Source: the human T2T-CHM13v2.0 reference genome, Homo sapiens
DNA length: 64,000 nucleotides
Reading direction: 5' to 3' (one strand)
Assembly (NCBI RefSeq): GCF_009914755.1
Contig: NC_060940.1
The notes under the pieces were generated by a model that did no database searches, was not told the origin of the DNA, and saw only the letters and a list, made by a program, of their open reading frames with translations. The position numbers and the translations under genes were made by a program. Below, piece after piece: positions 1 to 14,809 of the stretch; the first letter of the stretch is position 1, and every line of letters starts with the position of its first letter.

Positions 1-130
1 TAGTGTCATCTTGGGCAAGTGACTTAACCTCGTAGAACTTTACAATGTTCTTAGGAGAATGAAATAAAAACGATGCATGCAAATTGAATAATGCATGATA
101 TGATTCCATGAATAAGCTCAGATACTTACA
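1..130. mobile_element. MIR fragments (further MIR piece to ~300)
   Basis: MIR core-like 'cttgggcaagtgacttaacctc' and 'ggcctcagtttttcttatccataaaa'. Confidence 0.6.
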
Positions 131-360
131 AGTTGTAAGATCTTGGGGAAACATGTTTAAATCTGTGGGCCTCAGTTTTTCTTATCCATAAAAGAGGGAG
201 AACAAGGGTGGAGATGCCTCAAGATTAAACGAGAAAACACCGTGCATGTATCTAGCAGGATGTTTGGCATTTGGACAATGCTCAATAATTTGTTGTCTTC
301 ACTATCATCATCATTACTTCCTTCTATTGATTTCATATGTATTTAGATTGATCTTGATTT

Positions 361-492
361 AGTAACTTCTGCCTGAAGGAAAAAAGACAAAGAAAAATTT
401 GAAACCATCATCGCTTCTTGTTTTTTCTGCTTTTACTTCCCATTTTCTCTCTGATTGGTCAAGTTACATGTTCTTTGTTTCCCATTTTTTTC
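361..492. repeat. Unique ~125-bp segment with an inverted copy at 2078-2212
   Basis: Reverse complement aligns by eye with 7 substitutions and 1 indel over 361-483. Confidence 0.95.
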
Positions 493-999
493 TAACAAAT
501 CTACAAAACATCATCCTCACTTTATTCTGATATTACATCATTGTTGTGTTCTTAATGATCATCCTCCGATTTCTGGCATCAGGAGCCAAGCCGAATTTGA
601 CTAGGGAAATCATGTTGCTGATAAGCCAAGATTTTAATCACCGGGAATGAACCGGCTGCCATTGGAGGCAGCAGAAATGCAAGCCTGAAAAGCCAGTGAA
701 AATGACATGATTCCTTGTAGTTATAAAAAGTGTGGTGGAGACAGGGACAAAGTGTGGAGTTGAGTTTAGAGATGAAAGGTAGAAGAAGACCCAGTCTATT
801 GGCAACGTCCCACCTCCAAGCAGCAAGGTCTCCCTTGAGGCAGCTGCCTAACACATTAGACCACATTTCTTAGCATGCTTTCCTCCTCAGTGAATATTCT
901 GCAGCTTTGGATCTATGGCTTTGAAAGAAAGAAAAAAGACATTTCCATAAGAACAAATTAGCTAGCAGCTTCCCTCCCTGCTCCTCGCCCCACCCAAAG

Positions 1000-1420
1000 T
1001 CAGAGAATCACTTTGCAGCCGCTCTCTCCTGCGCAGAATTACCCAATTATCTTCTAAATTATAAAAGGGAAATCTTCCCCGCCAACTGTTCGTGGCAGGG
1101 CCAGGATGTGCAGTGTTGCAAAACTGCAGCAAAAAAATGTAAACAAAAGAATCCCGGAATAGGGGGCAAGCTGTCCACATACACCAATCCCAATAGCTTC
1201 AATCAAAAGCAGAATTGCTTCCCCAATAAATGAAGCCAGTACAACAAATAAACTCAGGCGCTAATTGCTGGCTGCAGATGTATTAACTGAAGCAAATGCG
1301 AACCTGGCAACCATTAATTATCTAATGAGGCCAGCAGTCTTCTGACGAGGTGGGGGCTGATTAAATATTAAAGAGTGACATATGGAAAGTGCCAGGAACA
1401 AAAGATTTCAATCTGGGGGG
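1000..1420. promoter_or_regulatory. Candidate enhancer-like unique element
   Basis: No recognisable repeat; clustered TAAT/ATTA, TGTAAACA (FOX-type), CAGATG and CATATG E-boxes; conservation not checked. Confidence 0.35.
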
Positions 1421-1458
1421 GAAAAAGAATGCACAAAGTTAAAAAAAGAGAGAGAGAG

Positions 1459-1530
1459 TTTCTTTCTTTACTCTCTCTTTCTTTCTTTCTCTCTTCCTTT
1501 CCTTTCCTTTCCTTTCCTTTCCTTCTCTCC
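1459..1530. repeat. CT-rich (CTTT/CCTTT) simple repeat
   Basis: Seen directly. Confidence 0.9.
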
Positions 1531-1924
1531 TCCACATTCTTTTTTTAAGACAAGAGCCATCTCTGTGTCTGAGAAAGGTAATTAAAGTCCCATTGCTAGC
1601 ACGAGTCTCAAAGTGACTTCATTGAAATCTGACTTCTGAAGCTTCAACGCAGATGAAAAGGTTTCAGATTAAAAGGGGGTGACAAAAACATTTTCATGTA
1701 AAAGCAGTTGTCTCTTTGTTTAACCCTTAGAGCTAGGGTGAATGCCTGCTCTTTAGCTACTGCCTCTGCTTTTCATCTAGTGAAAGCAAACTTCTCCACT
1801 GAATCAAACCATGAGGAATGTTCATAGGTAGGGTCCCTGCAGAAGCTGTTCCCAGATTGGTCTTTAAGCTTCTCTTCTAAGGCTTGTGTATTAAATCATA
1901 AAAAGAGTTACCCTTTATAGGACA

Positions 1925-2320
1925 CTAACAGTGTGCCAGACACTCTGCTAAACCCTTGATATAAGTAATCCCATTTCTTCCACAAAATAACATGCAAGAT
2001 AGGTAGGTACTCTCCCCATTCCAAAGGCAAAACATTTGAGGCTTAGACTTGCTCAATGTGTGAGCCAGTCTAAGTGGGAAAAAGAAGGGGGAAACAAAGG
2101 AAATATAACTTGACCAATCAGAGAGAAAATGGGAAGTAAAAGTAGAAAAGACAAGAAGCAATGATAGTTTCAAATTTTTCTTTTGTCTTTTTTCCTTCAG
2201 GCAGAAGTTACTCAATGTGTGGGCTGAATGTGTGACTTGCTCAATGTCACACGGGAGCAGGACTGAGATTTAAATGCAGGTTGTCTATTCTAAGGTCTTA
2301 GTTCTTAACCATTGCACTAT
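1925..2320. mobile_element. MIR interrupted by an inverted local copy
   Basis: 'tgtgccagacactctgctaa...gaggcttaga' resumes as 'tgacttgctcaatgtcacac...cttaaccattgcactat'. Confidence 0.7.
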
Positions 2321-2514
2321 GTAGCCCTCAAATAAGAGCAGCTTAATGTCCAAGTGATATAGGAAGCATTTCTTGCATGATCCCTTCTTCTAGTAGAAAA
2401 GTAGGAAATAGATTTAAGTGGGTTTCTGGTTGTCCCTGGATAAGATGATGGCCTGACTTTCCAGAATGATTCGAATGCAACTTTTTTGAAGTTGTCTGAC
2501 CCCAGGGAAGACTT

Positions 2515-2624
2515 GGGGTGACCAGCCATCTGTTTTTCCGTGGTTGAGGGATTTCCTCTGGGCAGACAGGACTTTCAGTGCCAAAACTATGACAGTCCTG
2601 GGCCAACTGGGATGTTGGTCACCC
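2515..2624. mobile_element. hAT-Blackjack MITE (MER94/MER81-like)
   Basis: Terminal inverted repeats gggtgacca ... tggtcaccc. Confidence 0.65.
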
Positions 2625-2942
2625 TGGCAGATATAGACAAATTTTTTTCCAGGTCTCCTTAATTAAAAACCCAAGTTATGTTTAGGTGACATTTTTAATG
2701 TCACCTAAACATTTAAAGTTAAATACAACTTGTGTTTCAGAGGGCTATGATTAGGAAGTAGCTGGGATGTGGTAGTTCTGCCTCTACCAGCTGGTTTGTC
2801 ATTTCCACCTCTGGGTCTCAATTTCCCATCTAAAAATTGAAATGCTCGATGAAGTGAGCAATACCCACATTTTCTTGCAACTTTAAGTTCCTGTGAGTCC
2901 AAAGGGGGTAAAAATGGGTTTACAGTCATTGTCATTAATGAC

Positions 2943-3044
2943 GGTAACCAGCATTGGTACAGTACTTCACAGTTTGTATAGTACTTTACTTGCTGGCAAC
3001 CGGCCTTGGTACAGTACTTCACAGTCTGTATAGCACTTTCCTTG
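2943..3044. repeat. Tandem duplication, 2 x 52 bp
   Basis: 'ttggtacagtacttcacagt' occurs twice with period 52. Confidence 0.9.
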
Positions 3045-3489
3045 GCACTGTCCAATAGGATTCTCATACAATCTGGAGATATAGACAAACTGTTAGGTGT
3101 TATAGTAGGAAAAGGGACACTCATTAATTTGGAGTTCTTATAGAAACAGTCATTAGAGCAAACTGCATTAAAAATAAATCAAGGTGCCAAGTTAAAACCA
3201 TAGACATTGCCTCTTTGCCCATTCCAGTGATCAAGCATTTAATATCCTGTATATTTTAAATAAATACAGTAAATAAGATATACACAGTAGAATATAAAGT
3301 ATAAAATACAGTAAATAAAATATAAATTTAATAATATAAATAATAAAATACAAGATATATATTAAAAAATTGAAAAGTGAAAAGTGACTATTACTTCTTT
3401 GCAATAAAGAGAAAAGTCTTTCTTTTCTTCAGGTTAGTTCTCCACTTTCCCAAATCGATAGCTTAGCATTCACTAAAGTGTATTCCACA

Positions 3490-4155
3490 GCACACTACCT
3501 CAGTGAAATGCTACAGAAAAAAAAAAGTTCTATCACAATTGCATATATGTAAAACAACATGGATGAATCCCAAAACATCATAATGATTGAAAGTTGATAC
3601 CATTTAAATAATGCTTTAAACAGGCAAAAGTAATCTTTGGTGACAAAAAATACAAATGGTAATTTTTGCTGGGTAGTGATTTTAAAAAGCCAGAAAAGTG
3701 ATTTCCTCTGGGTGAGTGGGTGGGAGTGGGGATTAACTGGAAAGAAGCATGCTGAAACCTTCTGGGCTAATGAATTCGGGTCACACAGATCTGTACATTT
3801 GTCAAAAATCATTGTTTGATACCCTTCAATTTGTACATTTTGCATTATGTTATTTTTACCTCAATTAAAAATGTGACCATGAAATATGTTTAAGTCTAGT
3901 TCATAATATGCATGCTGAAGTGTTCACGTTTGAAGAGTTCTGATATGGTGTGATTTGCTTTAAAATGGCTCCAAAAATAAAAAGGATTGAAGAATAATAG
4001 GAAAAATAGAAGGATAGATGGATAGATAAATAAAACAAAGGCAGCAAAGTGTTAATTGTAGAATTTAGGTGGTGAAAACATGCGTGGGTATTCGCTGAAC
4101 AAGTCTTTTAATTTTTCTATTTGGTTGCAAATTTTTATAATAAAATGTTGGGGAG
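3490..4155 (+). mobile_element. Old L1M (L1MC/L1ME-type) 3' fragments
   Basis: 'aacaacatggatgaatcccaaaacatcataatg' and 'aaatttttataataaaatgttggg' L1M 3'UTR motifs. Confidence 0.6.
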
Positions 4156-4552
4156 AAATAAACAGATTATAATCTTTTAAAAGCTTCAAAATTTTGTCAA
4201 TTCCACATGCGATTTATCTGTATCCCTCCCATCTTCCCCTTGGGGATATTTACAGCTCAGAAGCATATTAAAGGCTTTAAGTCTTATAGTTAAAGCAAAA
4301 TAAGTAAACGATATTTAGCCTCACATTTCCTAAAAATATTTGGTTATAAAACTCTTGGTATTATTTATATTTTTTGTTTGTATTAGTGAAGCATCTTTAG
4401 TTGTTTTATTTTTTTTTCTGCACTGTGAAGTTTATACTACACTATCAGAATACATTTACACCTAGAATCTGGTATTTCATGAGAATGTATGTCTTTAGGA
4501 TGTGTCAAGTCAAGTTTAGGATATGGTAATTGTTAGAATTTGGATTCTTTTC

Positions 4553-4846
<294 letters not shown>

Positions 4847-5214
4847 TTGGATTCTTTTCAAACTGGTTAGACGTGTTTCCCATTTGAGCCAGAGTTTGCT
4901 CACCCGTGAGATGTGCAAAATGGCTCCTTCCTTGCAGGAATAATGTGAGGAGTAAATGAGGTGATTATGTAATGTGCCTACCCATAAGGAAGAAGAGACA
5001 ATGCCAATAGCATTTGTTGTTCATGTTGGAAAGGGCTGAGCAGTGAGTAGAGTCAACAGAGATGAGATAAGTCCCTCCCAAGACACACTGTAGTGAAAAA
5101 TCAAAACGGCTGATATTCAGAGAAAAAAAATGTTAAATCCCCACAGAGAAAATACAGTTATAGACAAACGATAATAGTCTGAAGCTACTTCAGTGAGTCC
5201 CAGAAGAAAATGGG

Positions 5215-5620
5215 AAAAAATTAGAAATGACCCAAATGACCTTCAACAGTAGAACGGATAAATGAATTGTGGCATATTCATGCAATGGAATAATATACAG
5301 TAATGAGAAAAGGACCAACTTTATTCCACAACACTGTGGATGGATCTCCCAAACTGAATGCTAAGTGAAAGAAGCCAGAGACAAAATAGTACACACCTTA
5401 TTGTTTTATTTACCTAAAGTATAAAATCAGATAAAAATTAATCTATGTAGTTAAAAATGCAAATATTGGTTACCATTGTGCTGGTGGTGGGAGAGGGATG
5501 AGAGTGACTGGGAGGGAAAATGAGGATGGCTTTTTGGTGTTGGGAATATTCTGCTTCATGATTTGAAACCCATTCAACTTTATACTCATAATTATTATAT
5601 TTATCTAGCTGGCTACCTAT
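5215..5620 (+). mobile_element. Old L1M 3' fragment
   Basis: 'ggataaatgaattgtggcatattcatgcaatggaataatatacag'. Confidence 0.6.
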
Positions 5621-6291
5621 AAAACTCCAATATAAAACTAAGAGATTTGGAGACAGATGGAAAAGTCTTAATGTGCTAACAGTTGGAATTCTTAAAGTAT
5701 AAAATGTAAGAGACTGAGGAGAAATATTAATCACAGAAATAAAAGAAAAAACTAACCACACTAAAGATGAATATGAATTGTTAAACCAAAATAACTCACA
5801 TCTTTGTGGATAAGACTTACAGACTTACAAATTTCTAGTAAATCCTTGTGAGATACCCAAGTGTTAAAGATAAAAAATTGTGCTATTTTGATGAAAATAA
5901 CAGACTACAAATACAAGACAGAGAATTAGGCAGATTTCTGATATTTCACCTACCACACTTTGTAGCCTGTTTGGTAAAAAGGATGGTGATAAAGTATTTC
6001 ACATCCAACTAAAATACAACTCTTGTTCAAGTGCAGAGGCAAAGGTGTTTGAAGAAGTTGATTGAGGAGGTACTTGAATCAGAAGAAAATTAAATAAAAA
6101 TAAATATCTACAGACAGAAAGATAAACTATACAACAAACAGAGGTGGGCAGTGGATCTTGTGATATCACAATTCTGCCAATTGATTGATGATACAATGAC
6201 AGGTAATGATAAGTAGTCCTTAGATAAGAATTCGCAAAACAGGAGCACATACCTCTGTTTTGACAATGTGGAAAATGTTAATGAAACTATG

Positions 6292-6696
6292 TGTATTGGT
6301 CTGTTCTCACACTGCTAATAAAGACATATCCAAGACTGGGTAATTTATAAAAGAAAGAGGTTTAATTGACTCACAGTTCAGCATGGCTGGGGAGGCCTCA
6401 GGAAACTTATAATCTTGGTGGAAGGGGAAGCAAACACATCCTTCTTCACATGGCAACAGGAGAGAGAAGAATGAGAACAGAGTAAAAAAAAAAAAAAAAA
6501 ATGAGAACAGAGTGAAAGGGGAACCTGCCTATAAAGCCATCAGATCTCATGAGAACTTACAGTCATGAGAATCGCATGGGGGAAACCAACTCCATGATTC
6601 AGTTACCTCCCACCAATTCCCTCCTATGACAAGTGGAGATTATGGGAACTATAATTCAACATGAGATTTGGGCAGAGACACAGCCAAACCATATCA
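6292..6696 (-). mobile_element. THE1 (C/D-like) MaLR solo LTR with an internal poly(A) insertion
   Basis: tgtattggtc...caaaccatatca termini; 5-bp TSD ctatg. Confidence 0.92.
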
Positions 6697-8528
6697 CTAT
6701 GGAATTGAATTTCTAAATGTTCTAAACACAATGTAGGAGTTGAGAGTGTCCAGGGAGTTCAGAATAAAAGATTTTAAAGGCTTTGGATGGGAACAGTTAA
6801 GGAACAAGTAGAATGAGTGGCAGCATGGTGAGAGACATAGTTAAATTAATTATTAGCATTTAGTATGGTGTTGTAAAAAATCACTGTAAAGATGGCTGTT
6901 TAGGAGACAGCCGCTCGTGGGATGGAGCCTCCAAGCAGCTATCCCAAACTACTAAGAAGGATAAAAAGACAAAAGTTGATTGCATGATTTTAAGGTTGAT
7001 TGTTGCCCAAACCTTAGAGTATTGAGGTTGCAGAAATGCAAGCGTGTATAGCAGGTGCATTGCAGTATGTGGTGATAGACCCTTTGCTTTTTGTGGAGAG
7101 GAGGCAAAGTAGAAAAGCAGACAGAAGGAGAAAGAAGAGGTTCTTTTTGTTGAGAGCTGTGGTAAGTGGACCTTGGAACACAAATAGCGTTTTCAGAGAG
7201 GGAAGTTGCAAACAAACCCCCTGGGCAGTCAGGGAAATACTGCTGTGAAATAAAACCCAACAACACACAGCTGCAGATCCCCTCGGTGTGACCAAGATGC
7301 TGAGAGGTTTTACTTCCAACGAGGGTAGTGTCACATTCTGGAAAACACGTCACCCCCAATACTGACTTGCCTAAAGTCTAAGAATGATTCCTTCCCCAAC
7401 TCCCATTTTATTTTTTTGATAATCCCCCTCTTTATTATAATCTTCTTAATATCCATCTGTTCCCCTTTAGGCAGTGGCTTCTTAAATTCAAATATCAGGC
7501 TATTTTTATCGCAGAAGAATATGTAAAGCAATAGAAAACAGTTTAATGGATTTTGGAGCCTGTGGCCCTCTTTAGTAACATTTCCATAATGAAATCCAGT
7601 TACAGGGATCCGTGTTGCCACAGTTGACTGTTCACAAAATGAGGAGTGAATGCTTCCTTCCTGGAAGGTAGCCCAGCACACCAGAGTGTGAGATAGCCAC
7701 CCCTGACAGCCACCTGGTATTTTCCTCATTCTGCTTTGCACTGGATTATGTTACGTAACTTCTGATGCAGTGAAACTCAGTGACATTTGGGCAATGTGTT
7801 CCATGCCTGGGTTCTGTGGAATGGAGAATAGAGGGTTGTTTTCACAGAATAAGACCCAGGGAGAATTCTTTTCCCTAGGAAATTAACACTATAAAGAATA
7901 CTGAGGCTAAAGGTTTCATGAGATAGTATTATGGAAAGGTGCAGTGCAGAAGAATGAATGATCTTGATACTTGACAGCCATACTTCAGGATGTATTAAAG
8001 AAGTTATTGTTTTAAATGGACGCATTGTGTCCTCAAATCCTGCTATAACAGCATAAAGGTACAGAGAAAAACTCACCTGAAGGGAGCCTGGGCTCTATCA
8101 GCGAATGTTGTTTTATTACAAGTTGGAAAACAAAATGTTCCCTTACATTTTTAAAATCTGTAATTCCCAAGTTATACATAATATGATGCAGACTTGAAAA
8201 TTTGAAAGTAATTTGCAGTAATTTGAATTTAGCTGCACATGCTACTTTTAATTTGTAGGAGTTTGCTGAGTGTTTTGTGATGTCTTTAGAAAGGACTGTT
8301 TGTGCAGCCTGGTCCCTGAAGCCTGACTGTCCTAAGACCCCCAACGATACCTCATTGGCCACATAAATGAAGGAGTCCTCTGAATCTCATTCACCTGACC
8401 TAGCAAGACAATTACGCATGGCTTGGGTGATTACTACTGAATCTCTAGAAAGTACAAGTAGAACAACTGTTCTTCTTCTGAGCAAAAACATCAGAGCAGA
8501 AAGGAATAATTACAATAGATGCCCAAAT

Positions 8529-8970
<442 letters not shown>

Positions 8971-9629
8971 CCATAGCCAAGTTTAACGATCTCATTAAGT
9001 GTTGGCAGTTTGTCCTAGAGCCAGCACTACCTGACTCCAAACTTTTAAGCTCTTAGAACTCCTGTTTTACTGCTTTCTTTGTGATGATCAAAATCTGCTC
9101 CTTTGTTTCCGGATGGTGAAACTGATATTCGATGAGAAGGGACAGGGATTACCTAAGGACATACAGACTTATTGGCAATTGAGATTGAAATCTGGATCTC
9201 TTGTAGAAGATTATCCCCTATAAATGTAACAGTACACAGATGGGGTCATCGTCTCACTGGAAAGTTGTATTCCACAGGAAGTGTCTCCTACTAACTGCAG
9301 TAGTAAAGTTGGCTGCATCTCCCTCCAAGCCTGCAGTATTGTTGGGCCAATCGATAGAGCTTAGTTTTCAAAAAGAAAATATGAACAAAAGAAACTAGGG
9401 TTTAGACAGACCTCTTAGAACTGCTGAAGGCACCTTTGTTCTCACTAAAACAGGTTCTGGGTGGATGCCACATAAGTAGCTTTTAAAATGGTGTGATTTA
9501 GGAGTACCAGAAATGGCCTTGCCTTCATCAAATTATCTTCTTCCACTGAGCAAAGCATCTGCAAAGATGAACAGGTATTACTTTTTTCAGTTAAAACATA
9601 AACTCATTCATTCAATTATTCAGCAGCAA

Positions 9630-10570
<941 letters not shown>

Positions 10571-13500
10571 GCACCAACAGAAAACAAAGATAAATCTGCC
10601 AGGACCCCTGAAGATAACAGGCTAGTTGGGCAAGCAAATGAATATAAACATGTAATGACAGTGTATTGGGATAAAAGATGCAAGGAAGGGCTGGCTGAGA
10701 CAGCAGATGAGCTCTGAAGAAGGTATGCTTAGCTCTTTCCAGAGAGAGCAAGGGAGGCTTTCAAGAGGTGGTGGCATTTGAAATGAATCTTGAGCGTGTG
10801 TTCACTGAAGATGAGGGCTTTTTATCTTGGAGAAGAGATGTCTCAGGACTCATGACAATTCCCTTCAAGTCTCTGAAGAGCTATTATGTAGAAGACTGAG
10901 CAGATGTCTTCTGTGTAACCCTGATATAGAAGGGAGACAGACTTCAGATCAATAGAAGAATGAGATTGCCAAAAATTAGAGCTGTCCAGCACTAGTACAG
11001 GCTGTCAGAAGGTAGAGAGTTCCACGTCACATTTCCAGTGACAACCTGTCAGAGGATGGCAGGGAAGATTCATTCAGCAGTTAGTATAGAATTGCTGTTT
11101 TCTAAGACCTCTTCCAACTTGTGGTTTTGATTATTCTAACACCGGTTCTATTAAAGCATCTCTTAAGATCCAAATTTATTAGCACATTTTTTCCTTTAAA
11201 TTATCTCCTATATAGATAGATGATAGATAGAGAAATGAAATATATGCACACAGATCAGAATATATTGATAACAGCTATGATGATAACAGCTAATATTCCT
11301 TAATCAACCTATGATAATATAACAGCTAATATTTATTAATCAACCTACTTTGTGCCAAGCACTATTTTAGAAATGTTTTATTTTATTCACTTAATCTTTA
11401 TATTAACCTTATGCATTTCATACCATCATTATACTCACCTCACAGACTCAAAACTCATGCAGAAAAGCTGAGTAATTTTTCCAACATTACACGCTGATTC
11501 AGTTGGCATTTAAACTTAGGCTCTTTGACCCCAGAGGCTAGACTTGATTCTATACCCTATACAGTTTTCCATGAATAGGGCAATTTTTAAAAATAATAGT
11601 TGCCATGTACCATTGTCTTATTAATTCTCTCCACAATTTTGGAGGTATTTATTATCATACCTTCAGTGAACCAGTGGGGAATTGGAAACCCAGGATAGTT
11701 TACCAGCCTGTTTGCTAGCCAAAAATCAAAGCCAGACCTGTCTGTCTCCTAGTCATTACTGGCCAAAATATCTCCCAACTCCAATGCCCTATTAGATAAA
11801 TAATCTAGCATCTGAAGAAGACAAAGGACATCTTCTTTGCCATTATCTCATGAGAACAGAGTATAAAATATAAAATGACATATATTAACTTTGGACAGAT
11901 GCTTGGTTTTTAACTCACTACTTACCCATTTTGCCCTGCCAAGAGAAATATGCTCTTTGGAAGTTTTGTGTGCAGATGAATTGTAATTTAGCTGCTTTTT
12001 TTTCCTCCCTAATGCATCACACACAAGGCATTGTAGAGGGCTTGGTCATAAAATGAAATTGTTTTATTTTTAATGTTTATTGCTGGAAAGGACCAAGTTG
12101 AAAATCAAACACATGGGTCTCATGACTTTAATCAGGAGCAAACTTGCTAATAGATTTTTTTAACTTTAAATTTAACAACTTAACAACTTGGCAATTTAAT
12201 TAACTTTTTAAACACAACATAAACCAGCCTGTGGGAATTTCTGCTGCTGTACTTAATTGTGGCAAATAGCCTGAGAAGTAGCAAGAAAAACAGATGAGAC
12301 ACCTTTACAGTGAAAGAGGCACCATCTGTAGTTACCAGCTAGAATATTTTGTCACAATCTAGGAAGTACAACTCAAAACATTAAAATAGCTCTCGGGTGG
12401 CTTTTCCTTAAGAGGTTAACGATGGCATCACAACAACCATTAGGGAAAAATAATACTACGATTTCATAGCAGGAGAATTTATTGTCTGGTGCATTCTAGG
12501 GAGGACATTCATATCCTTCTATAATAATTAATTAATCCAACAAATACATATTGAGTACCTACTGATGGAGTCATTTTAAAAAAAGAAACAGGCAATATCC
12601 ATGCTTTCAAACTGCTTAAAGTCAAGGGGGGGAAATATATGCATTAACCCAGTAAAAACAAAACAAAACACTTGTTCCCATTTACTGAGTATTATTATTA
12701 CGATCTCTCTCTGCCAGGTGATTTACATGTGTTATTACCTCATTGAAACCAAGTAGATTTCATTATTCATCTTGTATCTAGAATGAAAGAGACAGACAGG
12801 GGTTATATCATTCGACGGAGATACCACAGCTAAGTTAACTCACTGATATTCAAACCTAGGTTTATTCATCCAAAGCTGCAAAGCCAGTGTTTGCCAAATT
12901 AATTTGCACACCACAAGGGACCTCTCATGCCCTATTCATGCATCACCCAAACTTGTGCTTATTTATTTATTCATTCAGTCTTCATGAAATTTCATCCCAT
13001 TTTCAATAGCAAGGTGTGTTAAATTAATGGTCTGATTTAACCAAGGTCATGTGACCTAGTTGGACTGTGTGTCTCCAAAACTCAAACTCATGTTCTTCAA
13101 CACATTTTTTTTTCATTTGCCTACTCAAAGGGTGTCAGGAATTTTAGAACAAGAACTAGAACTGTAAGAACCTTCTAAAATGTCTAGTTACCTTTATGGT
13201 TTCCACATGTTCATTTTTTTTCTCCATATTGTTTTTCTATAGCTATTGTAAGAAAAGCAAAATATAGTTAAAGTGCTTATTTAGGGGAAATAGGAGGAAA
13301 GGCTCAGTAGTGGGGGTCCTAATTGTTAGAGTTATGTAAAATTATGAATAAAGAATTTAAACAAAATTTTCCAGGATCCTCCATATAAAACACAGTGTTG
13401 TTGAACTCCAGACTCAAGGCCGTAGGCCCTATGTTATCCTTCTTATGAGAATCTCACCATCTCTGCCTCATAACTGGTGGCATCTCAGCTTTCTCCCCTT

Positions 13501-14809
13501 GGAGTGTACAGGCACCTCATACCTAGTGTTATTCTTCTTTGACCAACATTATCAATTTTACTAAAAATAAAGAGGCCTCCTTTTCCCTCCAGTGGCTGGA
13601 GAATCGTCTGATTGGTGATGGTCTTTCCCTACCTGTAACAAACAAATTTTGTAGTGGATCAAAGTTTCATTATTTATTAATGACAAATAGAAATTACACC
13701 CTTAGTTATGACCCTCTGGTTTTTGTTCCTTTTGTTATAACAAGTATTTAAATTTTATTTTATTTTTTTCTGGAAGTCAATCTTAATGCTCTATGAAATC
13801 GCGACTGAAAATGGTCGGGGCAAGTTTTCAGGGATTAGTGTCCCTGCCTTGGATCCAACCTAAATATCTCAACTCTTTGTATTTGTTCAGTTTCCAAGCA
13901 AATGAATGATGTTGTTATTGTTATATCAGTATGCTATGGCTCAAATAATGAAGTTTGATGAGTATCCAACTACCATGATTCTTTAATTTTCAAAGGAGTG
14001 GAAACTGATAGTCCAAGAGACTGAAATTGAATTGGCCAGGTTCACTCAATGTGTTGCTAGGCAAAGTTAGAACCTGGACTGAGCCATTTTGCAGCTTCCA
14101 TCCACATTCTTCCACTACGCCACAATACGACCCATGGAGTCTATTTCAAGACAGGGAGGAGATAGCCTCTTTCATTGGCATGGCCTATTTTTCTTTGACA
14201 ATGAGTCAATATCGTGGGTAGCATGAGAGGTTGTTCTTGATGGTCCCCAAGGTCCCACACAGCTCCAACATGCAATGATTCTCTCTCTCTTTCTGAACTT
14301 TTCTTTTATTCTCCTGTTGTACGGAGATGTATTGCAATGTGCTACAGTAGGAGAAAAACTTTCAAAGTCTTAGTGGATCCTAAATAGACTCATTTAATCT
14401 ACACAGGGATTTGAATCCTCACATAAGACATTTTGCTTAATTAAGCCACATTCAAACATGAAAAACTCATGTTCATACAAACTTAAGGATCAGATTTACA
14501 ACTGCTGAGCACCTAGAGTCTCAATTAGCCACATCCCGATTGTCGCTGAGAAAAGGTCACCAGATTTTTCAGTCTTTTAGTTACTTAAAATTCAAGTCAG
14601 CCATCCCAACCATAGTCAAATGTGTAAAAGGAGTCTTAGTTTATCTTGAAGCCTCCATGGAGAAAAGTCACTCATCTAACAAATATGTATTGAGTACTCT
14701 GTGCCACCTGGTATATTAAACATGAGGAAGATGCATTGATAGTGAAGACCTGTTTGCTTCCTACTCTCTTGAATGTTGCAGTTTAGTGAGATGTTGGAAA
14801 ACTGGATAC

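Noticed and set aside
2943-3044. Short repeats as CRISPR-like arrays
   Set aside because: Only two head-to-tail copies, no spacers, and the DNA is human.
3255-3370. Recurring aaatacagta motifs
   Set aside because: Ordinary AT-rich low-complexity sequence.
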